From contig CAYPWI010000001.1 of NCBI GenBank assembly GCA_964414395.1, forward strand, positions 1 through 41,794: 41,794 nt of DNA. Direction: 5' to 3'. Origin of the DNA: an uncultured Ruminococcus sp. Lineage in GTDB: Bacteria; Bacillota; Clostridia; Oscillospirales; Ruminococcaceae. Position 1 is the first letter of the stretch. The number at the start of each line of letters is the position of its first letter. The position numbers and the translations under genes are program-made. Below the pieces are notes generated by a model. The model was given only the letters and a program-made list of their open reading frames with translations, had not been told where the DNA came from and searched no databases. Positions 35,578 through 41,794 of the stretch are shown piece after piece.

Positions 35578-36321
35578 CTAGTAGCTTTCCTTTTCATCTT
35601 TTATGCGCTTTACCAGCAGAATTATAAGAACTATCCCCGCGGCGCACATAGCTATACCTATAATGAGCGGGATAATATCCGCGCCCTTGGGGTGCGTGAT
35701 GTAGATGACATACGGAGCTATATGAGCGTTCGCGAATAATTCCATGGTGTACAAGTGAGAATACAGATCGAGACCGTTCTCGATACCCAGTACCTCGGGG
35801 TTATAGACGAGATATGCCGTCAAGCTCGACTTTTGCGTCGGCTCCATATTCCCGACCACGCCGTATATATCGAGCTTCGGCGCGCCGTCGGCGTACTCAT
35901 GCGGCTTTTCGGTATACAGCTGTTTTATTGCCTCGAGATCTTCCTTGTCGCTCACGGCAAGAAGGACAAATTTCCCGGAGCCTTCATACGGAAAAGCGTA
36001 ATAGTACTGCGCCGTGCCTTTCGAGAATAAGTTATCCCAGTAAGTTTCGGCATAAACCGCTCTGCTGATCATCCTGTAAGTTTCGGTATCGATCTCTCTG
36101 CCGATCTTCTCACTATAAGCTTCGGCATAGACCGCTCTGCCGATCACCTGATATATGCTCCCCTCGACCGTCATTCCGTCGTGCAGGCTGTCGGGCGGTA
36201 CGCTCCTTATATCAACGGGAACGGTCGTGTTTGTCAGAATATCCCGGCAAGAATAGAAGATCACGAACCCGCCCGCGTATATCAGAAGCCCCAGCAGAAC
36301 AAATGTGATAATGCGTTTCAT
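35578..36321 (-). CDS. Hypothetical membrane protein (N- and C-terminal TM)
   Basis: Hydrophobic ends; GAGG SD; internal triplication at 36041-36150. Confidence 0.8.
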   Translation of the reverse strand: MKRIITFVLLGLLIYAGGFVIFYSCRDILTNTTVPVDIRSVPPDSLHDGMTVEGSIYQVIGRAVYAEAYSEKIGREIDTETYRMISRAVYAETYWDNLFSKGTAQYYYAFPYEGSGKFVLLAVSDKEDLEAIKQLYTEKPHEYADGAPKLDIYGVVGNMEPTQKSSLTAYLVYNPEVLGIENGLDLYSHLYTMELFANAHIAPYVIYITHPKGADIIPLIIGIAMCAAGIVLIILLVKRIKDEKESY

Positions 36322-36332
36322 ATCAAGCCTCG

Positions 36333-37298
36333 TCAGATATTGTGTATGCCGTAGCCGAACCTGTCAAGCGGGCAATTCGCCAGCGTTTTCAAGAGTATAA
36401 GATCATATTCGTCGATCGGAAGAGGCAGTGGAAGACCTATGCCGCAAAAGCTTCCGAAGCTTCCAAGCGTGAAGCTGTTCGCGGAGAAGCTGCCGTAACC
36501 GAACAACAGCTTGTACAGCCACTCCCACTGTGAGAAACTACCGAACGCGAAGCTGTTCGCCGAGAAGCTGCCGTATCCGAAAAGCAGCTTGTAGAGCCAT
36601 TCCCACTGTGAAAAGCTTCCGAGTGTGAAGCTGTTCGCGGAGAAGCTGCCATAGCCGAACAATAGGCGGTAAAGCCACTCCCATTCCCATTCATGAAAGC
36701 TTCCGAATGAAAAGCTGTTCGCGGAAAAGCTGCCATATCCGAATAACAGCCGATAGAGCCATTCCCACTGTGAAGAGCCGCCGCTGCCGAATAAATAGCT
36801 CGTCAGCGAGAAGCTCCCCCGACCGAACAGCAGACCGAGCCACTGTTCCCAGGTGATATTGCTGCCGAATGTGTAGCTGCCGACATTATTGAGCGAAGAG
36901 CCGCCAAAGAAAAAGCTGTTCGGGAAGAAGCTGCCGAAAGAGGACAATGCCGCGTAGTTATACGAACCCGCCGAGCCTATGGGGTAGGACGAGAGCAGGG
37001 AAAGGCTGCCGAGGTTTTGGGCGGCGGGATAATCTGCTTCGTTTGAACTGCCGCCGTTCAGCGCCTTGAAGTTCGCGGGCTTCGCGCCGAATATCGCGGC
37101 TATTTTCTCGTTCAGCTTTTCATCGTCGGGGGAGAGCTTTTGGAGCTTTGCGGCGTAACGCTTGCCGCCGTGCTCGTTCAGCCAATCTATTAGCGTTCCC
37201 GCGAGCAGGTAGCCGCGCAGGGACGCGACGTCGAGATTATCAGCTATCCCCGCGGCGGTGTAGATTTTCCGCCTGTTCAGCCACAGCGCGCAATTCAT
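36333..37298 (-). CDS. Hypothetical protein with tandem Trp/Phe/Gly/Ser-rich 26-aa repeats
   Basis: AAAGGGGG SD and own promoter; WEWLYxLLFGYGSFSANSFxxGSF x4; ends GYGIHNI. Confidence 0.82.
   Translation of the reverse strand: MNCALWLNRRKIYTAAGIADNLDVASLRGYLLAGTLIDWLNEHGGKRYAAKLQKLSPDDEKLNEKIAAIFGAKPANFKALNGGSSNEADYPAAQNLGSLSLLSSYPIGSAGSYNYAALSSFGSFFPNSFFFGGSSLNNVGSYTFGSNITWEQWLGLLFGRGSFSLTSYLFGSGGSSQWEWLYRLLFGYGSFSANSFSFGSFHEWEWEWLYRLLFGYGSFSANSFTLGSFSQWEWLYKLLFGYGSFSANSFAFGSFSQWEWLYKLLFGYGSFSANSFTLGSFGSFCGIGLPLPLPIDEYDLILLKTLANCPLDRFGYGIHNI
36457..36850 (-). repeat. 78-84-bp coding tandem repeats, 4 close copies plus 1 degenerate
   Basis: AAGCTGTTCGCSGARAAGCTGCC recurs four times. Confidence 0.92.
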
Positions 37299-37361
37299 AG
37301 GCTCTTCCCCCTTTCTGTCCGTTTTCGTCGGTTAAATTAGAGCATAAAGTCGCTTATATCA

Positions 37362-37390
37362 ATTATACCACATTCTTGGGAAGTTTTCAA
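37362..37390 (-). promoter_or_regulatory. Sigma-A promoter (extended -10) for repeat-protein gene run
   Basis: Minus strand TTGAAA-17-TATAAT with TGTGG. Confidence 0.78.
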
Positions 37391-37512
37391 CATATTTTGA
37401 TAAAAAAATATAATTACTCATTTGTCCAATATGACGAATTTATACGGCGCGGCGCGTTTTGAGGGATGCGTTCTTTATATCCGCAAATAACGACAATATT
37501 TTTAAAAAACGC

Positions 37513-37541
37513 TTGACATATTGCACAATATATGGTATAAT
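37513..37541 (+). promoter_or_regulatory. Consensus sigma-A promoter with palindromic spacer
   Basis: TTGACA-17-TATAAT with TG; ATATTG-CA-CAATAT at 37518-37531. Confidence 0.85.
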
Positions 37542-37661
37542 TAAGAAAAGAAAATGTACATATTTAATATCGTTCAGTTGATAAAATGTTTTCTTTTTCT
37601 TTCGGAAAGCGGAAAGAGCGGAAGCATTTGATTTAAGAATATTTTTAAGGAGGAATCACCA

Positions 37662-38027
37662 ATGGCTGATACTAAGAGCGCTGCCGGCGCAAAGGACAAG
37701 TGGGAGTTCTATGAGGACAAGCGCGGTGAATGGCGCTGGCGCAGAAAGGCTTCCAACGGCAACATCGTAGGCTCGTCCTGCGAGGGCTACAAGGACAAGA
37801 AGGACTGCGAGGCTAATGCCGCGAGACACGGCTGGGCAGACTTCAAGGGCGAAGTCAAGGACTCGTGGGCTAAGGACAAGTGGGAGTTCTACGAGGACAA
37901 GCGCGGCGAGTGGCGCTGGCGCAGAAAAGCCGTAAACGGCGAGATCGTCGGTTCTTCCTCAGAGGGCTACAACGAAAAGTCCGCTTGCCAGGAGAACGCC
38001 AAGCGCAACGGCTGGAACGGCAAATAA
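37662..38027 (+). CDS. YegP/DUF1508-family protein (two tandem domains)
   Basis: WEFYEDKRGEWRWRRKAxNGxIVGSSxEGY twice; AAGGAGG SD. Confidence 0.9.
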   Translation: MADTKSAAGAKDKWEFYEDKRGEWRWRRKASNGNIVGSSCEGYKDKKDCEANAARHGWADFKGEVKDSWAKDKWEFYEDKRGEWRWRRKAVNGEIVGSSSEGYNEKSACQENAKRNGWNGK

Positions 38028-38038
38028 TTCACACATAT

Positions 38039-38072
38039 AAAAAGGGGGGCTGTTTTTTCACAGCCCCCTTTG
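38039..38072. terminator. Bidirectional terminator (GGGCTGT/ACAGCCC family)
   Basis: AAAAA-GGGGGCTGT...ACAGCCCCC-TTT between convergent genes. Confidence 0.8.
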
Positions 38073-38079
38073 GTTTATA

Positions 38080-38811
38080 TCAGCTGATCTCTTTGAGAGT
38101 TTTGTTTATCTGCTGCATTTTCATGTCTATGGCGGCTATGGACTCGGCACATTCTTTGAGCTGGTCGGCGAGGTCGGCGGAGACCTCGGTGTCGGTCTTG
38201 TATTTCAGCTCGTGCTCGAGGCTCGCCCAGAAGTCCATGGCGATGGTGCGTATCTGCACCTCGACATTGACGAGCTCCTTCTTATCGGACAGATAAACTG
38301 GCGTTTCGATGACAAGATGAAGGCTGCGGTAGCCGTTGGATTTGGGGTTCGTTATGTAGTCCTTGCGCTTGATAAGGGTAACGTCGTCCTGCCCCGTGAG
38401 CAGATCGGCGACGGTGTATATGTCGTCTATGTAATTGCATACCACGCGCACTCCCGCGAAGTCGAGGATATTCGCGCGCATACTCTCGGCGCTTATGGGG
38501 ATACCTTTTCTCTGCATCTTCTCAAAAATGCTCTGCGGGGATTTCAGGCGGTCTTCTATATGATGAATGGGGTTGTAGGAATATTTCGTGCGGAACTCGC
38601 TGTCGAGTATCTCCAGCTTGGTCTTCACCTCGCGTATCGCGGATTCGTAGAGGTGCTCAAGCTCCACGAACTTGAACATCTGCTCCATTACCTGCTGACC
38701 GGTGTTGCTGTCGAGCATCTGTCGGACGTTGTCCATCGTTTCGGGTAGGTTTTTCGCGTCGGACTGAGCCTCAACGGCTTTTGGGCGCTTTTTTAACTTA
38801 TTTATGTTCAT
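38080..38811 (-). CDS. Small alarmone synthetase ((p)ppGpp synthetase, RelP/RelQ family)
   Basis: NPIHHIEDRLKS, DFAGVRVVC, KDYITNPKSNGYRSLH, VEVQIRTIAMDFWASLEH; AGAGG SD. Confidence 0.95.
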   Translation of the reverse strand: MNINKLKKRPKAVEAQSDAKNLPETMDNVRQMLDSNTGQQVMEQMFKFVELEHLYESAIREVKTKLEILDSEFRTKYSYNPIHHIEDRLKSPQSIFEKMQRKGIPISAESMRANILDFAGVRVVCNYIDDIYTVADLLTGQDDVTLIKRKDYITNPKSNGYRSLHLVIETPVYLSDKKELVNVEVQIRTIAMDFWASLEHELKYKTDTEVSADLADQLKECAESIAAIDMKMQQINKTLKEIS

Positions 38812-38910
38812 GATAAATTTTCCTCTCATATTGGTTTTACCTCTTACATTATATAATTTATAATATATCATAGTGTAACAAACGTGTGAATTTTAGATGA
38901 AAATTGCCGA

Positions 38911-38934
38911 AGGGCTGTCCGAGTGGGCAGCCCT
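38911..38934 (-). terminator. Probable terminator hairpin
   Basis: AGGGCTG...CAGCCCT stem downstream of minus-strand gene; weak T tail. Confidence 0.5.
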
Positions 38935-38964
38935 GTCGTTTACCTTTAATAATGAAGCGAAACG

Positions 38965-40308
38965 TTACTTTACATCGTCCTTCATGCCGCTGAGAAGGGC
39001 TTCGATATCCGCCTGGCTCATCTTGCCGCCCGAGGGCTTTGCTTCTTCGGCAGGCTTGGGAGCCTCGGCGGGCGCGGGCTCGTCGAGCGTCTGCTGAACG
39101 GGCTCGGAGAGAATAGGCTCTTGTACCGCCGCGGATGTTTCCGCCAACATCTTCTCGATATCCTCCTGGCTCATCTTGCCGCCGGAGGATTTTGGCGCTT
39201 CGGGTTCCGGTGCGGGCGCGGGAGCTTCCTCAACGGGAGCTGACGCAGCCGCCAGCATCTTCTCGATATCCTCCTGGCTCATCTTGCCGCCGGAGGATTT
39301 AGGCGCTTCGGGTTCCGAGGCGGGAGCGGGAGCTTCCTCAACGGGAGCTGACGCAGCCGCCAACATCTTCTCAATGTCTTCCTGGCTCATCTTACCGCCG
39401 GAGGATTTTGGCGCTTCGGGTTCCGGGGCGGGCGCGGGCGCTTCCTCAACGGGAGCTGACGCAGCCGCCAGCATTTTTTCGATATCTTCCCGGCTCATCT
39501 TACCGCCGGAAGGCGCGGCTTCTTCTGCCGGCTCTACCGACTCAACAACGGCTTGCGCGGGGATCTCATCGACCGCTTCCAAAGAGCTTTCCTCGTCCGA
39601 CTCTATCTCGCGGAAAACGTCGTCGGTGGGATCTGTAAGCCCCGACTTCATGAGCAGCGCCTCGATCTCATCCTCGGACATGGTGTTTGAGGAGATCTTC
39701 GACTCCGGCGCGGGAGCGGGTTCGGGCGCGGTGCTCGATCCCGAAGCCGCCGCCTGAGCCTGTGCGTCCTCGGAGAACTTTGCCGCGATATCGACCTTAT
39801 GCTGATTTAGTATCTCGCCTATGTCGGCGTCGGACTTCGGAATGTCCTGAGGAGCGGTCCCCGGTATAACGGGGGGCTCGGAGATCTTGGACATGATCTC
39901 GTTCCAGTCCGCTCTTGCCTTGTCGTAATCGCAATTGTCGCCGTCAAATCTCAGCCAGTATGTATCATAAGGCGTAACGCCGCGCGTCTTGCGGATTATA
40001 TCGTAGACATTGTACTTCTCCAGCCCCAGCAGCGAAAGCTCGGTCTGGGTGAACGGCGTTTTGTCCTGAAAAACACGCGTGGAGAAGAAATAATGAATGT
40101 CGTTTATGGTAAGGGGTCTGTGTATAGGAGTTATCATATCCTCCTTGTACTTGGTGATTATCTTATATTTTACCTTTTCGTTGTCGGATATCTCATACTC
40201 GGCTATCTCGTTGTCTTCTTTCAGCAGTATGTACTTTACTGACAGCGGAAGTTCAAAAGCGCGGTTGTCCACCAATCTGTATCGATTTCCCTTAAGAACA
40301 CTTCCCAT
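38965..40308 (-). CDS. Hypothetical protein: globular N-domain plus acidic Pro/Ala tail with six MSQxDIExxL motifs
   Basis: GAGGAG SD before ATG 40308; 447 aa; own promoter. Confidence 0.85.
   Translation of the reverse strand: MGSVLKGNRYRLVDNRAFELPLSVKYILLKEDNEIAEYEISDNEKVKYKIITKYKEDMITPIHRPLTINDIHYFFSTRVFQDKTPFTQTELSLLGLEKYNVYDIIRKTRGVTPYDTYWLRFDGDNCDYDKARADWNEIMSKISEPPVIPGTAPQDIPKSDADIGEILNQHKVDIAAKFSEDAQAQAAASGSSTAPEPAPAPESKISSNTMSEDEIEALLMKSGLTDPTDDVFREIESDEESSLEAVDEIPAQAVVESVEPAEEAAPSGGKMSREDIEKMLAAASAPVEEAPAPAPEPEAPKSSGGKMSQEDIEKMLAAASAPVEEAPAPASEPEAPKSSGGKMSQEDIEKMLAAASAPVEEAPAPAPEPEAPKSSGGKMSQEDIEKMLAETSAAVQEPILSEPVQQTLDEPAPAEAPKPAEEAKPSGGKMSQADIEALLSGMKDDVK
39141..39510 (-). repeat. 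108-bp coding tandem repeat (36 aa), about 3.4 copies
   Basis: CTCATCTTRCCGCCGGA recurs at 108-bp spacing four times. Confidence 0.95.
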
Positions 40309-40411
40309 AATATTTCTCCTCGTTGGATAAATAAATAACAAGCCGCGGTCCAACACGGCTTTCCGCCCGCGCGGAACGATCTGTGCAGCCGCCGCTTTTC
40401 CATATACATAT

Positions 40412-40440
40412 ATTATAGCACATATCATTTCTTAATTCAA
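40412..40440 (-). promoter_or_regulatory. Sigma-A promoter (extended -10)
   Basis: Minus strand TTGAAT-17-TATAAT with TG. Confidence 0.7.
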
Positions 40441-40563
40441 GTGCAAAAGTCGGGCTATTAAAAATTTTTTGCTTTGGTACTGTAACTTTCACAAAATAGA
40501 ATTTGCTAATTTGTGAATAATTCATAAAAATTGAAAAAAAGCCATTAAAATAAATGTTGGGTG

Positions 40564-40592
40564 TTTACATATCCGATTTTTTGTGATATAAT
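40564..40592 (+). promoter_or_regulatory. Sigma-A promoter (extended -10)
   Basis: TTTACA-17-TATAAT with TG. Confidence 0.75.
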
Positions 40593-40674
40593 AAAAATAA
40601 GCTTTATTCGGCGCGGTCGGGATACAGCCGCCGCGCCTTTTAAAAACTGCTTTCAGAAATGGGGAAACAGCAAA

Positions 40675-41794
40675 ATGAAAATGAAAGTAATTTTCCTGAT
40701 AGCGGCTCTTTGCTTCGCTATCATCCCGCTTATCGTGCGCGTGGGTCTATCCGACTATTTTATGAGAGCCGATTCGCTTGCTCAGTACGAAAAAGAAGTC
40801 CATGATATGGCGGCGAACCAGATCTCGGGTATGCAGGTCGTTCTCGATACCGCCAAGACCGATATGAACCGCCTTACCGGCTACGAGCATATGAACTACG
40901 CCACTCAGAACAAGTCGTTCGCGCCGGTCGTGGAAGATTATATCATGCAGTATCAGGATAACAACGCCATGATATCGTCCATCAGGATCATCGACGGCAG
41001 CGGCAATATCATCGCCGGCGATAATAAGGGTACTGTTTTTGAGGGCTTTGAAAAATACGATGAATATGATGACGAGGTGCTGTACTTCGACACCGTTGCC
41101 GATTCTCTCAGCAGTGTCAAGACCATGTTCTTCAAGAAGCACATGAACGGGTGCCTGGTCGTTATCTCGTATAACATTTCCACGGGACGCTCGCTGCTCT
41201 CCATGATCATCGGGAATTCGCAGTTCGACTCCAACAGCGCCGCGGGCGGCAGGATCGCCGTAGCGGATTCCAAGGGGTATTGGTCCACGGGCATGGGCTT
41301 CCTTTCCAACTTCGAGGGTACATACACGGGCGTTAATTCCGCGGCTATCACCGACGGAAATGTTTCGCCGCTGTTCAGATTTAAGCTGAACAATGTCGAC
41401 AGCATCGGCGCGGCTGTAAGAGTCGGCGGCGAGAACGGGCTTATCGCGGTCGCGAGCTGCGATGAAAAGCCCAACGGGCTGTTCTCGGGCGTGACGCTCC
41501 CGTACATCGTCATAGGCGCTATCGCTTTGGGGGCTTTGGGCGTGCTGTTTGCGATACTCGCGGCAAGGTATATCACGAGCCCGCTCACGAAGATCGAGAA
41601 TACTCTTGAGAAGATACGCCGCGGCGACCATGAGGCGCGTATCGGCACTATCAGCAACAACGAATACGGTCAGCTCTCCCGCGCGTTCAACAACCTCGTT
41701 GATGAGATCGTTGTCAGCGAGGACAGATACAAGACCATTTCCGATATGTCGGATAACATCATCTTCGAGTGGAACTTCAAGACCAATGAGGTGA
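40675..41794 (+). CDS. Membrane sensor protein (TM, Cache-like extracellular domain, TM, HAMP, start of PAS); 3'-truncated, missing from ORF track
   Basis: Manual translation MKMKVIFLIAALCFAIIPLI... open to window end; HAMP ITSPLTKIENTLEKIRRGDHEARI...NEYGQLSRAFNNL; SEDRYKTISDMSDNIIFEWN PAS start; output domain not visible. Confidence 0.9.
   Translation, partial: MKMKVIFLIAALCFAIIPLIVRVGLSDYFMRADSLAQYEKEVHDMAANQISGMQVVLDTAKTDMNRLTGYEHMNYATQNKSFAPVVEDYIMQYQDNNAMISSIRIIDGSGNIIAGDNKGTVFEGFEKYDEYDDEVLYFDTVADSLSSVKTMFFKKHMNGCLVVISYNISTGRSLLSMIIGNSQFDSNSAAGGRIAVADSKGYWSTGMGFLSNFEGTYTGVNSAAITDGNVSPLFRFKLNNVDSIGAAVRVGGENGLIAVASCDEKPNGLFSGVTLPYIVIGAIALGALGVLFAILAARYITSPLTKIENTLEKIRRGDHEARIGTISNNEYGQLSRAFNNLVDEIVVSEDRYKTISDMSDNIIFEWNFKTNEV

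Noticed and set aside
36457-36850. Darobactin/triceptide-type precursor because of WxW motifs
   Set aside because: No radical SAM maturase in the window; WxW alone is insufficient
38080-38811. Toxic alarmone synthetase (toxSAS) TA module
   Set aside because: Motifs match housekeeping RelP/RelQ type and no tightly coupled antitoxin gene is evident
40747-41660. Two minus-strand ORFs near window end
   Set aside because: Shadows of the plus-strand sensor gene, which has clear HAMP and PAS motifs

Overview
This 41.8-kb window is mostly core chromosome from a spore-forming Clostridia-type bacterium. An Oscillospiraceae/Ruminococcaceae-like gut organism is inferred from spoVS, a SpoIIQ-like M23 protein, a bile salt hydrolase and many near-consensus sigma-A promoters. 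About 38 CDSs are supported: aspS (partial), an ECF sigma factor with a large acidic membrane partner, purA-ymdB-spoVS-asparaginase, a hicAB toxin-antitoxin pair, an atypical three-gene Hsp70 operon, bsh, an LRR lipoprotein, several c-di-GMP-type signalling genes, a class A PBP, dtd, TPM and zinc-ribbon genes, a sirtuin, a YegP-like protein and a small alarmone synthetase. I found no rRNA, tRNA, CRISPR array or transposase. The most unusual items are: (1) a protein with six copies of a FliM/FliY-type CheY-binding-like motif (MSQxDIExxL) behind an uncharacterised globular domain; (2) a protein with tandem Trp/Phe/Gly/Ser 26-aa repeats heading a run with a DxD enzyme and an orphan ABC ATPase; (3) the Hsp70 operon, whose partners look like degenerate DNA-acting domains; (4) several unannotated intergenic repeat elements, including a 173-bp MITE with a clear 6-bp target-site duplication and a palindromic leader element repeated on both sides of the sirtuin gene. 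All family assignments come from reading motifs by eye; no searches were run.
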